A DNA stretch of 63,951 nucleotides, filler included, from Dicyema japonicum (GCA_011109175.1; 5 parts of 5 records of this genome joined end to end with filler, not necessarily neighbours in it), one strand, 5' to 3'; numbered from the whole stretch's first letter, positions 1 to 11,769 are shown. Program-made: numbers and translations. Notes: generated by a model not told the origin, from the letters alone.

Positions 1-518
1 ACGAAAAGGGACTGCACCCACTTTCCTGCAAGAAGAGCGCAAGCAAAGCACACAGACACAAGGCCCTCAATGAAATCGTGAAGGCCGGTCTGGAATCAGC
101 TGGCCATTCGTGCCTTCTCGAACTCGATCGGGGGGACGGCAAAAGGCCTGACGGGATGACAATATTCCCGTACTCGTCCGGGAAAGCACTCGTGTGGGAC
201 GTTACCGTCGTCGATACCTTCGCAAAGTCGAAAATCGATTCTTCTGCTGCGAATCCTTGTTCGGCTGCAAACCACGCCGAAAGGATGAAAAAACAAAAGT
301 ATTCTTCCCTCGCGGACCGCTACCGCTTTACGCCAATCGCCCTGGAGACCGCTGGAGCCGCGGGAAAGGAGACTCACTCGTTCCTCAACGAGGTCGGGCT
401 GTCCATCGGGAGGAGGCTCAAGGATCCGAGAGAGGGCCTCTGGTTCCGCCAGCGCGTCGGTCTGGCCATCGTTCGCGGCAACGCACACTGCGTCCTTGCC
501 GCTGGGCATCCTAATTAA
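1..518 (+). mobile_element. CRE-like non-LTR retrotransposon, 3' end (zinc knuckle + restriction-like endonuclease)
   Basis: GLHPLSCKKSA..RH..LNE followed by RPDG..FPYSSGKALVWDVT..E..K..KY..FTPIALET.G..G (PD-(D/E)xK REL motif set); stop at 518. Confidence 0.8.
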
Positions 519-559
519 TTCACGTTTTTCTGGTATTTGGTTCTTAGAAGAGTCACCAG

Positions 560-1077
560 TCAATTTGACATCTTAGAAGCAACAAATAGATATAAATAAC
601 ATAAAACTGAAGCTCTGTTCCACGAGTCATATTCGTCAAATTCAAAACCGAGAAGCTCACGGGCCATCTCCCTTAATGTCTTCTTCTTACTGCCGTTTTT
701 TTCCATCATTTCGATTAGTTCCAGACACAAACAAGTGTCAAAACAGTTGAAATAGGCAATGTTCAAGTCCAGACAAGCGAAGAATTGACCAATGTCATGA
801 TCGATTAGAAGTTTATCCTACAAATATAAGGCAAAAATATTATTACTTTTAAGATTTCGTATATAATTTTTCTAGCTTGGTGGAAAGTGATTGATTTATC
901 CAAATCATAAGGATGGACTCCTCCATAATGAGTCAAATAATTTGTCACTGGTTGGTGTGGCGAAATGAAGATTCGAATAAGATAATTAAGTCTGGGTCTA
1001 CAACAAGACAGTGCGCTATGATGTATTTGAATAAACAGTGAAGTACCTAGTGCAGATTTTTTGGGATATACTTCCAC
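560..1077 (-). CDS. DEDDh/RNase T-like exonuclease (REXO4/ISG20-like), apparently catalytically degenerate
   Basis: FISPHQPVTNYLTHYGGVHPYDL..TFHQARKII and DT..TLREMARELLG..YDSWNRA resemble exo motifs II/III; the two ORFs are probably joined by a short intron near 810-845. Confidence 0.5.
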
Positions 1078-1366
1078 GAATTTTTAAGAGACAGAAATGT
1101 AAATCGATAACTCAGATAAATAATATTTAACTTCCTGTTCATACTATTGCTATTTAGGCTAAATTAAAATTATTTTATTAATGTCAATATTGACATAGTT
1201 ATTGCACTTCCAGAGTTTCCATAATAGCAAAAAAACGAGAATTGAGTTTTTTCTGCTAAAATTTAATTATTTGTTATCTGTTTTTCACTTTCTTTAAAGT
1301 GAATCCAAATACCAAGATATGACTTGCATTTTAGTACAAACTGCAGGTTGATTCGTCAGTGTAAAC

Positions 1367-2143
1367 CAGGGGTTCTCAACCTTTTTTTACTCGTCGACCC
1401 CTTGATTTTTTTTTCGACCCCTTAAAACTTTTTTTTATATAGAACAGACAACTATAAGTAAAATTAGTTAACTAACTATCTAAAATGAATTCATTGTTAA
1501 TAATCAAACAAAAAAACTCGATGTTAAGTTAGTATCTGAGCATAAATCTATAATAAAAAACAATTAAATACCAATGGGACCCCTGTGACTGATGTTTTTT
1601 GACCAAAGATTCGATATCTGGCTCTATTTGTGTTATTTTCAAACGAAGATCTCCTCTAATGGACACATCCAATCTGTTTCGTTCTTTATTTACTATTCGA
1701 TGTAGAATGCTAAATCCACATTCAACACAGTATGATGTCGGAAAATAGAGGAGCAATTGCGCTATTTCGTTTCACAATTTTGGATAAGTCTCTTTTACTT
1801 TCATATTTTGCCAAAAAATAACTAGCGTTTGTGAATCATTATAATATAGTTTTAATTCTGGATTGAATTTTAACATTATTAATTCCTCTTGAATATTATC
1901 TTTTTCTTCTTCTGGCTTTGACAAAAAAGGATTAATCATCCAAGATGGAATTTCTAATTCAAGAATATCTTGGAATCGGAGAATCAGGTTACCACTTAAA
2001 GTTTACCACTTTAAAAATAAACTGACTTAATTTACAAAGGAGAAAAATTAAAATTATGAAATTTATTTTCGACCCCCTTACGGTCGATCTGAGTTGATTT
2101 TCGACCCCAGGGGGTCGAATCGACCCCAGGTTGAGAACCGCTG
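1367..2143 (-). mobile_element. Non-autonomous hAT (Buster/Charlie-type) element, 777 bp
   Basis: TIRs CAGGGGTTCTCAACC / GGTTGAGAACCGCTG; perfect 8-bp TSD GTGTAAAC (1359-1366, 2144-2151); internal FPTSYCVECGFS..RNRLDV..DLRL..HQSQGSH transposase C-terminus; subterminal TCGACCCC repeats. Confidence 0.93.
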
Positions 2144-2444
2144 GTGTAAACGATGGATCTTAAATTCATGACCTCGAAGGTCTAATATGGGGTAGTAATG
2201 GTACCAACGAGTTCAGAGTATCAAATTTCATTTTATAACTGTGAGCAAATATCCTTTCGAATTTCAGTTTTTTAATCTGGAATTTTTGAAGAAAATAAAA
2301 ATTCGTTATTTCAAGATTCATGTTTTGTGTTATGATTTATGAAAAAATGTGTTTTTTATAATTTATGATTTTGTTACATATTATTGTTTTGTTTTTAATG
2401 TGATATAGATTTATTTATATCGAATTCGTAGTAAAATATGATAA

Positions 2445-4290
2445 ATGAATCAAAATAGTAAATATAAACAACATAATAGTGCGGTAACAATATTTACATA
2501 TTTTAGTTTTTCTTATACATTAATAAATATTTTTCCTAAAGTATGCATTGACCAAAATGACTTTTCTCAAATAACATACGCAACTAATCATTTGCTATTT
2601 ATTGATGATCTAAAAATACTTGCCGAGAAAGAAGATACGATTTTGAAGATGATGGATAGTATTGATGAATATTTCAGTGTTGTTGGTCTCAAGAGGAATT
2701 CTGAAAAATCTGCAACTAATCTGAATTATGTTAAAGGAACTAAAAGCCTTGACGGATATGGTGGATATCGATATCTGGGAGTTCTGGAAGATAAAGGAAG
2801 CAATGTATTGAAGCATGAAGTTATGAAAACAATTGCAGAAAATGTAAAGAAAAGAATTGAAAGTTTGGCTAACACGAAACTAAATGCAGTGAATCTATTC
2901 AAGGCGATTAATGAATATTCCCTCTCACTATACAATTATTATATTGGACTGATTAATATTGAACCACATGAGTTTCAAGCCATTGATGCAGAAGTTCGAC
3001 GTATTCTATCTAATTTACATGTTCATCTGAAGCCTGCAAATAAAGAAAGATTATATATAAACAGATCTAACTTTGGAAGAGGACTTAATTCAATTGTCCA
3101 TAAAAGTGAATGCATGTTATACCAATTTTGGACTAATCTTGAAAGAAAATCAACAATGTGCCTCAGAAAGTCGGGAATCTTGCGGGTCTTGAAAATAAAG
3201 AAAACACATATGGCCACTATCGCAAGATTTCTTACCTTCAAATACAATATTGAAGATCCTTCAGAATTGAATGTAAATATAATCAAAGAGAATCAACAAA
3301 AGAATCTAATGAATACTATTAAATCGAAGATGTTGCATTCCATACTTTTCAAATGTTGTGAGGATCAAAATGTTGACATTAAGATGTCTACGGAATGGCT
3401 GGTGAATGGAAACAACAGTCCGAGATCAGAAGCAATGTATTGTATTATTCAGGATCGAAATATATTTTTCAATGATAATGGAGCAATGTGCAATCATTGT
3501 AATCAAACAAAAAAATCTGTTGATCACATGGCTACAAGATGCAACAGAATGCTGAACAGTGATTATATGAGAAGACATAATGAAGTTGTAAGGTGTATCC
3601 ATTTGCATCTTTGTCGTCACTATGGAATCAGGAAAACGAAAAGGTTAAAGTCACACACAGTCCAGTCAGTTACCTCAAATCATAAAGTGGAGATAAGAGT
3701 GGACACCACCTTGCAGACAGATGTTCATGTAAAAAACAATAAACCGGATATCTTTGTTCATGATAAAACAAAAAATGAAATCACCCTCATTGAAGTTGGA
3801 ATTACTTCTCACCCAATGCTAAAGCAAGTGGAAGTAGAAAAACTGCATAAATATGATCTTCTTGCTGGAGAACTGTCTCAAATCCACGGTGCGAAGGTAA
3901 CGATAATCCCCATTGTCCTCACATGGGACGGGATAGTCTCTAAATATTATAAGTCTTATATGGAGAGACTGAAGGTGGATGCTTCCACTAGGTCTTATAT
4001 ACAATCACTGACGATTAAAAAGACTTTGGAGAGCATACTTGTTGAACATAAACATGGAATGGAAATTGAAAAACATGAGGAAGAAGTTTCGAGGGCCACC
4101 AATCACCTCCTAAAGTTGTCTAGAGAAACAACAGATCCACCAGATTTGCCGGAAGATGTGTCTCATATGTTATACGAAGTGAGAGAGGAGGAGAATACGC
4201 AGCTCCAGTGCATCGGTTCAAAAAGAAGGAGAATTATACAGATTAATTAATAATTAATAACTAGAAACGTTAATTTTAAGTATTTTTTTT
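2445..4290 (+). mobile_element. 5'-truncated R4/Dong-like non-LTR retrotransposon (RT C-half, CCHC, REL endonuclease)
   Basis: 601-aa ORF with LLFIDDLK, YRYLGV, CNHC..DHM..C, RHNEV, NKPDI..LIEVGIT, EKLHKY. Confidence 0.85.
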
Positions 4291-4687
4291 TTATACTCTA
4301 TATTTTTATAATTTAAAAATTTGATAATAAGATGGTTAACCCAGAATTATTACACAATATTACACAATTGTAATTTTGTATGTAATCTGACTTAAAAAAC
4401 TATCCAATTTTCGAAAGCTCGCCGAAAATGCCAATTGATGGTATGCTTGAATTCTTATTTATTTTTTAGGTGAATCGATAAAGATAAGTACAGCAGAGAA
4501 AAGGAAAGATGCGTATTCTAAGAAACGGGTCAACAAGTTGTGAATTTTCGAAAAAATATTTTAGAAAACCTAACCAATCTGAGGAAGATTCCCCAGGTTG
4601 TATCTTTTTACGTTCTGGAAGAGTGGTCAATAAATAGATTGTTTATACAATTTCATTATTAAAATTAAATTAATTTGTTTAAATAAT

Positions 4688-5075
4688 TCATTGTTTAAAA
4701 CCGGCTCGCAGGATTGAGAGACAATTCCCGCGTAAAACAGCCAGCGAGATCCTCTGAATAAGGAATATAAATTCCCTTGGATCTCTGGATCGAAGGGTGC
4801 ACAAACGGCCAAGTTTCTTGAGATGAGCAAGAGTCTTGGCACCGAAAACACAGGACGTCTCTACGGCAACAGCCCAGAAACAGAAGCGTTCGCAGAAATG
4901 ACTGTACTTTGACAGTTTCATGGATTCAGCCTTTTCGGCAGACGAACCAGGCCGACATTGTTTATTATTTCTAGCAACTTCCGTAGAGACATAATAGTTA
5001 TATCCCCACAGGTGCGGTTGAGACGATTTTCTTGACAATCCTTTTCCATCATCCCCTGTTGCATGCTAGACTCCT
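4688..5075 (-). mobile_element. CRE-like REL endonuclease fragment
   Basis: AEKAESMKLSKY..AVAVETSCVFG..LIQRISLAVLRGN, homologous to 78-518. Confidence 0.75.
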
Positions 5076-5100
5076 CATTGCATCCAGATCATCCCCACTT

Positions 5101-5913
5101 TTAATGGGCAGCAATGAGTTCCGCTTGTTCCGTGTCATCAAAAATCATAATTCCGTTGTTGTCCTCGATCTTTAGTTTGTTCTTTTGCTTCCTCGTCCTC
5201 TTGAGCAGCCTCATTGCTAAGAACATCTGCGCACAGTCCTTTAGATTCTCCACTTCTTTTAGCCTGGCATCCAAAACGTTTGCAGTGTGTTCGCTATTTA
5301 ACTTTTTGATCATTTTCTGTATCCTGGTACGTTCCGATTGTAAGGATGATTTTCTGACCGTATCCGTCGTGTTTTCTAACGATAGTCGGAGATCCTTCTG
5401 TTTTGCAGCCAGTGCAAGGGCCATCGGGATGGCAATGGTCCGTACCTCGTGTCTTGTACGGTAGCCTACCAATGTGTTCGTCTGCAGCCATGTGAATTCT
5501 TTCCATTGTGTGCGTCCAGGTAACTCCTGGGGCAAGGTCTGTCTTTATTTCTTGTAGATAATGTTCCATAGAATCTTGATAGATATTACGGGTGGCATGT
5601 GAGGAGTATAGTCTTTCAACTAGGTACCCTCGACGTTTGACCTGAGAGGGCTTTGCTCCCGAAGTGCGTACAAAACGACTTCTAATGTCGAACAGGGCGA
5701 CGACGACCCTGTGGTCACTTTCCATGCTGGCCCCTCCGTATGACCTCGAGTCCCGTAATAGTATTCTATCTTTCTGTTTGCAGAAGATGTAGTCAATTTG
5801 ATTAATACGTGGTCTCCATACTCGTTTCTTCGGCAGCCTGTCAGGTGGTCTTATGTCGTGCAGCATGCGCAAACGCAGTGTTACACAGAAATAGCCCGAA
5901 CGCCCGGCAGAAA
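5101..5913 (-). mobile_element. RTE-like LINE fragment (AP endonuclease end + linker), frameshifted
   Basis: NQIDYIF..SRSYGGASMESDHRVVVA; linker AQMFLAMRLLKR is shared with 34254-34607. Confidence 0.75.
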
Positions 5914-5915
5914 TA

Positions 5916-6525
5916 CAGTAGCGTGCAAATGTTCCGGACCACCCAATTATTTTTCAATTCTATGTATATTTGGTAGCTACGGCTTGACTTTCTTAGACAA
6001 ATTTTAATATTAAAGGAATAAATAACTTGTGCACTTTTTCTTTTTCCATAAAATTTTACAATATTGAATTTTTAGCAATCAGTAAATTTTGACCCGTGCA
6101 TATGTTTCGGACCAGTGATTAATAGCATCAAAAAAACAACTTTATTTAATGAAAATATCTTATTTAAAAAATAATTAATAATTAATTCCACCTCCTTTAT
6201 TCTTTACAACATCGATCATCCTATTCGGAAGTGATTTATAGAGATTTTCTATATGACCATCTTCTATTTCATCCCATTTTTTGGTAATTCTCCAGAGTTC
6301 CTGGAGGTCTTCTGGTTCTTTTTCACGTATTCTTTGTTTAAGTATACATCAGAGGTTTTCAATAAAGTTTAAATCCGGTGATGATTCGGCCACTTTTGAA
6401 GTAATTTAACTCTCTTCTGATCAAGATATTGAATGGTCAATCTCGATTTGTGGCATGGCGTCCCATCTTGCTGGAACATCATATTTTGAAAATCTATATT
6501 TTCTAATCCTTTTTCGAGAATGGAA
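5916..6525 (-). mobile_element. Truncated Tc1-like transposon (one IR/DR end + transposase C-terminus)
   Basis: TA|CAGTAGCGTGCAAATGTTCCGGACC terminus with inner repeat GTGCATATGTTTCGGACC at about 6097; reverse strand reads MFQQDGTPCHKS..KWP/SPDLNFIENL with a 1-nt deletion. Confidence 0.8.
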
Positions 6526-6559
6526 GGAAAAATTTTATTTTAAATTAACAGAGACTGTT

Positions 6560-7194
6560 ATGAGATAACATATGATGACCTTCGGCATTCCTGCCTTTTC
6601 GGTCCTGCATACACGCTCGCCTCACTATACAGCCGCAGGTTAAAACTCACCGTCTTATCTGCCACCCAGTCATTATCTTCTCTAGGACCTCAGGGAGGCC
6701 TTTGAGGGATAATTCCTGGGAGTTGGAGAGCTCGTCACGCGACCATAAGCCATAGGGTAGACGGATGGCTCGTCTTCTGACTTTCTTAAGCGCGTCAACG
6801 TACTTCTCCCTGTCCTCGCAGAAGTGCCAAGCATGGACGCCGTAGGTCAATACGGGTAACACCATGGCGTTAAAAACGCGGAACCAGGCACCTCTCCTCA
6901 GTGGAAACCACGCAACGCGCCTAGTCGCTGCATTGCACGCATTTTAGTACGTGCAATGTGATCATCAAACTTACCTGACTGCTTGAAGAGCACGCCCAAG
7001 TAAGTCATCCGATCAACTACAGCTGACCCGCTCAGCGATAGCCTAGGGATAAAATTAGTGTAACCCCTCGTCCTTTTACAGACTTTAAGGACACTGCACT
7101 TGTCCGCACACATCTTTAGACCGCTACTCCCACACCAGTTTACAAGTCCATCCACAGCAACCTGTATCCTACGACACGCACACTCGGGTTTCAT
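6560..7194 (-). mobile_element. LINE reverse transcriptase C-terminal fragment
   Basis: LVNWC..GLKMCADKC..TYLGV; LPVLTYGVHAW..LKKVRRRAIRL. Confidence 0.75.
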
Positions 7195-7224
7195 CGACGA
7201 AGATTAACGAAGAAACATTTTCTA

Positions 7225-7780
7225 ATAGGCGGTCCGAATGAGCGGTTTCAAATTGACCTTATTGATCTGAAAAGGTTTGAAAATGTTAACGGAGGATACA
7301 AATGGATTCTATCCGTTATTGACGTCTATAGTCGGTTTTATAATTATAACTATCTTAGTTTTGCTTTTGCTAGGCCACTAATGAATAAGTCAGGAGTCGA
7401 GGTTTCAAAAAATCTCGAGTCCCTATTTTATCTTAATGGTCCCTGCCAGATTCTACAATGGGACTGAATTTAAAAATACCGACATTCGTGTTCTCTGCGA
7501 GAAGTTCAAAATTCAACAGATCCACGGCAGACCTAATAACCCTAGATCACAGGTTATTTTATGGAATAAATTATTTTGTAGGGAATGGTGAAAAAAATCG
7601 GTGTTGATGTCTCGTTTAAAAAATAACTATTAAATATCTATTTAAAGTTATTAGATTTTTTAATAAAGTCTGTAAAATCTATAAATTTGATAAAAAGCAA
7701 ATTTAAAGAAAATGCCGAACCTCCATTTTTGGGGAAACCTTTGTTTTTGGGGCATTTTTTTAAATAGGTGCCCCAATACA
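7225..7780 (+). mobile_element. Ginger-like (Gypsy-integrase-derived) DNA transposon fragment with two micro-introns
   Basis: PNERFQIDLIDLKRF..KWILSVIDVYS/RFAFARPL..GTEFKN..HGRPNNPRSQ/GMV; introns 7335-7358 (24 nt) and 7553-7581 (29 nt); possible terminus GGTGCCCCAATACA at 7780. Confidence 0.8.
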
Positions 7781-8061
7781 GGTCATACTGTAATATGTTT
7801 TGTTCAAGGTAAAATGTAACCGGTTGCCCATGCGTATTCATTCGCCCATGTCACAGAATATGGATAAACAAATTATTGATATCAGCCTTAATTCAGAAGA
7901 TATCAGACAAGCTGTCAGACTTGTTACGTCAAATATTATTGACTGTGGGGATACTTCTTCCGAGTTGTTTATATATCACATTCCCAAACGCTTAAAGATG
8001 GATAAGATCTCAAAATGGTACGCAACGAAGCGCGGAATCGAACGAAATGGATAAAGCTATC

Positions 8062-8395
8062 CAGAAAACTGGCTTATTATGTCGCGAGCGCAGTGAGCGA
8101 TCGAGCGCTGCGAGCGATCCATCAATGTCAATGATTGTCAAAAAACCGATCCATCGATTTTATAATGTTGTACTCTTCAGTATTTTTAATGAAAACTTTG
8201 TTAGGCATCAGAACAACGTGATTAGAAACAGAAAACTGGCTTATTATGTCGCGAGCGCAGTGAGCGATCGAGCGCTGCGAGCGATCCATCAATGTCAATG
8301 ATTGTCAAAAAACCGATCCATCGATTTTATAATGTTGTACTCTTCAGTATTTTTAATGAAAACTTTGTTAGGCATCAGAACAACGTGATTAGAAA
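8062..8395. repeat. 167-bp tandem duplication containing a GCGAGCGCAGTGAGCGATCGAGCGCTGCGAGCG motif
   Basis: units start at 8062 and 8229 and are essentially identical. Confidence 0.9.
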
Positions 8396-8686
8396 GAAAT
8401 CAATTGGATCATGAGAACTTTGAATTATATAGAAGGTATTTCTATTGATGATTAATTCATTTTATTTCGCAAAAAAGAGAGACAGAAGAGTCAAAAAAGA
8501 CATTTCAGTGCACCCTTTTCTTTTCCTTGTTTTAACTGTCTTCAGTCCACTCACGTACTTTTGACTATCCTCACAGAAGTGCTTGATATTTATTTTTGAA
8601 TGTTTGATATTTGTAAATAAAATTCCAAACTCAGCCCCAAACTCGATTTATTTTTATTAATTGTCGTATATCTTGTTCTTGTGTGG

Positions 8687-8859
8687 CTGGCACAAGTGAA
8701 GGCTCAGGTACATGCGTGCCTCTGACTTCGCGGCTATTATTGCGTGCCGCTATTATGTCATAGTGTCCGGGTTCTGGCACAAGTGAAGGCTCAGGTACAT
8801 GCGTGCCTCTGACTTCGCGGCTATTATTGCGTGCCGCTATTATGTCATAGTGTCCGGGT
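8687..8859. repeat. 87-bp tandem duplication
   Basis: CTGGCACAAGTGAAGG..GTGTCCGGGT at 8687 and 8774. Confidence 0.9.
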
Positions 8860-9490
8860 CGTTGATAGTGTCCGGGCTGATAAATCTGATTTATCACATG
8901 AAAAAATCTACTAACTCCCTTTTTTTGCAAGATAACAAAAAATATTTTGATTCGATAAACCGATTTATGATATTTTGGAATATTTTTAATTTATTTTTTC
9001 AACTAAATTCTTGAAGTCCGTTTCGTTGATACTGTCCGGGCTGATAAATCTGTTATAATTTGAGTCAAGAAACCTATTTTTAATATTTTTAATTTATTTT
9101 TTCAACTAAATTCTTGAAGTCCGGGTCGTTGATGCTGTCCGGGCTGATAAATCTGATATATTTTGAGTCAATAAAGCTATTTATAATATTTTTTAAACTA
9201 AGTTCTTGAAGTCCGGGTCGTTGATTCGACAAGGATTGGTGTATGGATTCGATCTAAAGCTAGGGCTAGAATTAGAGTTAGAATAGGGGTTTGTGTTAGG
9301 GTTTGAATTAGGTTTGGTCAATGTTAAGGTTTAAAGTCAAAATATGGTTAGGGAGTGGATTCGAATTTGGGTTAGAATCAAAATTAGTTTTTGGAAAGTT
9401 TGGGATTTTCTCGTACTGAAATTGAATTAGACCATCAAATATCATAAGCAATAGAGAGTGCAGGTGGAAATTTTCAAAAAATGCATAAAA
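8842..9490 (+). mobile_element. Terminus of a repeat element: TGTCA start, GTCCGGG subterminal repeats, degenerate TTAGGG tract
   Basis: TGTCATAGTGTCCGGG(T)CGTTGATAGTGTCCGGGCTGAT recurs at 11230; 9240-9490 recurs inverted at 11770-12040. Confidence 0.6.
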
Positions 9491-9709
9491 AACTGGTTCG
9501 GTACGGAGGAGAGTGACTACCTTATCGAACAGTTGGAAAAGACAAGACGTTTCGCACTGAAACTGGCTTACGGAGTACAACTTGACGGTAGGTTAGAAGA
9601 CTCGCAAGAATCCTCTGTTCCCACGATCCGGATGGTCCTGGAGCAAACTTGTGTTTCGTCGCTATAATTGGGGTAGCACAGAAAGAGACACTTCGGTGCC
9701 TTGTTTTTT
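9490..9709 (+). mobile_element. 3' end of a LINE related to 25744-27243
   Basis: WFGTEESDYLIEQLEKTRRFALKLAYG vs WYQTDESDLLTAKLEKTRRFAIKLAFG. Confidence 0.75.
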
Positions 9710-9809
9710 NNNNNNNNNNNNNNNNNNNNNNNNNNNNNNNNNNNNNNNNNNNNTTAATTAATTAANNNNNNNNNNNNNNNNNNNNNNNNNNNNNNNNNNN
9801 NNNNNNNNN
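9710..9809. other. Artificial contig linker N44-TTAATTAATTAA-N44
   Basis: Six-frame-stop palindrome centred in a 100-bp N run; the same spacer occurs four times. Confidence 0.97.
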
Positions 9810-10088
9810 CCGTTCTTCATGGGCGACTGCTTTTATTTACTGAATGTACACTTTTTGGGAGGATCTGGAATGTGTCTCCAAGTTGTCCCCGATCACGTAA
9901 TCTAAGTCTGACAGGGCTTTGTTCGGGGGGCCTATTCGTCCAGAGGAGTTGGTTTCTCGAATGCCTACATAGGATGGAATTATGTATTGTGGCTGGTCTG
10001 TCCCCGCGAATCCAATTTTGGTACGCCTTTGAATTGATTGAGTCATTTACCCTGTCCCGACGTCGATAATACACGGTGTGGTCAGCAT
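9810..10088 (-). CDS. ARP3: Actin-related protein 3, 5' part (cut by the contig end)
   Basis: Spliced MLTTPCIIDVGTG/RTKIGFAGTDQPQYIIPSYVGIRE..SDLDYVIGD..K/SPMKNG; 24-nt intron 10027-10050; the insert before DLDY.IGD is Arp3-like. Confidence 0.75.
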
Positions 10089-11398
10089 TCGACAGAACAA
10101 TCAATTTTAAAAGTATAAATTTATTAGTATAACTTTTTTTTGAATATAATAATTAAAATACATTATGTAAAAAATAAACTAAATTAATTAAGTAAAACAT
10201 AGCTATGGTAGAATGAATTAAGCCTATTAAATTATGCGGCTAAGAAACAAAAATTGATCTTTTGTTTACTTAAATGTTGTGGTCTTGTGTGATTAATCGG
10301 CGGAATATAAAGTAAAGATTTTCTAATACTTTCTATATATGCGTACTCAACACTATTATAAACGCTTTTATAAATACAAAAAGTTTATTTGAGAAATTAG
10401 GACGTCAATGGAAAATTTCAATTCTGTAGAAGTAGAATATTTCACAAATACGACGTTTTTGTCAGTAAAATGGAAATTGATTCATAATGATAAATTCAGA
10501 TCGTAGAATGCAAGCATAGTTTCACAAATATTTTCCACTCTGTTAACAAAATTGACGACGAATGAGGAGATGTTAAAATTTTATTATTCCCAATTAAAGT
10601 TGAAGAGTACTTGTTAACTTTTTATCGGCTGCTGAGTACCATAGGCCGATTATCGAGGAAAAAAGTTTATTGGTATTTGAAACCAATTCTGTGATATATT
10701 TTTCTAATAAAAACATTTGCTTGTCGGTGCGAAATAGTTTTTCATCGCAATATTAGATAGAGCGTATAATCTATTTGCAGAAGCCATATAATGGTGACTA
10801 ACAGTTACTATTTTATTTTTTGAATTTCATTTGACTTTAATTATTTTTTGATTGCATTTTCAAAAGATGAACCTAAATTTATTATGTAGCGAACTACGCT
10901 CACGACCGTACCACGCTGGCGACTAGGGTGACCTACCTAGTCTGACACTAATCACTGGCTAAAGACCAATAATATTATTTTAAAGACAAGATTAGATGAT
11001 AGTAAATAACTAAGAGAATAGTCGGAGGGTCAGCTCAACGACGCCGCGCTGCGTATTGAGTGGCAGTTTCCGCGGAGAACAACGACTGACTAAAGATTAT
11101 TACTAAAAATTCAAAAAACTTAACATTTTTTAACTCAATTCATAGTAAGTATCTTAGTTTCATTTTGTTATTCGATCTAAATGTTAGAAAAGACAACTAA
11201 CCATTAATCTGTTATTAGACATTGTCGTATGTCATAGTGTCCGGGTTGTTGATAGTGTCCGGGCTGATGAGACCTGATTTATCACATGAAAACATTAACA
11301 AACACTCATTCTTGTTTCAATAGAAACAAATTAGAGAGATGTTAAATCCTCAAGGAAAAGACCCCGAAAATAAGGCTACTTTATAGGGATTCCGAGAT

Positions 11399-11575
11399 TT
11401 ATTATTATTATTGCACATCCCGTAGGAACATGGACAGAAAAAGTCATATTCCCACACGTGCCACACACGATGCGACCTTCTTAACTATCGTTTTCCAACT
11501 TCCGCGGTTTTGGGCCTGCCTGCGGAGTTCGTCCAGGTCATCACAGTTGTTTAGGGTTTTCTCCACGCAGATTAG
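11399..11575 (-). mobile_element. RTE-like LINE extreme 3' end with (TAA)n tail
   Basis: DDLDELRRQAQNRGSWKTIV resembles DDLDRLRHTAFNRGKWRGLV at 58846-59115. Confidence 0.65.
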
Positions 11576-11769
11576 ATTATNATTATTATTTAGATATTTA
11601 TAAGTTATAACATACATACGACAAGATTAAATTAAGTAAGTCAAAATAATAATAATATTTAAAATATCAAAAGAAGTATTAAAATATGTGATATAAACTA
11701 CAAATGACTCAAATATCGATTATTTAAAGATATAATCAAATTCTTAATCGATACAAACAGTATCATCTA

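Noticed and set aside
8631-8930. ORF with a 29-aa repeat, plus antisense ORFs over RT genes and X-filled ORFs
   Set aside because: By-products of an 87-bp duplication, antisense shadows or N gaps
8842-9225. CRISPR-like repeat-spacer pattern (GTCCGGG units)
   Set aside because: The spacers resemble each other, the context is eukaryotic and no cas genes are present
9710-9809. TTAATTAATTAA palindrome repeated four times inside N runs
   Set aside because: Artificial six-frame-stop contig linker, not biology; it also voids synteny across it
11264-11292. CTGATGA..GAAA hammerhead-like core; also TTGATGA at about 19450
   Set aside because: No convincing stems I-III; homologous copies read CTGATAA, and the second site lacks GAAA
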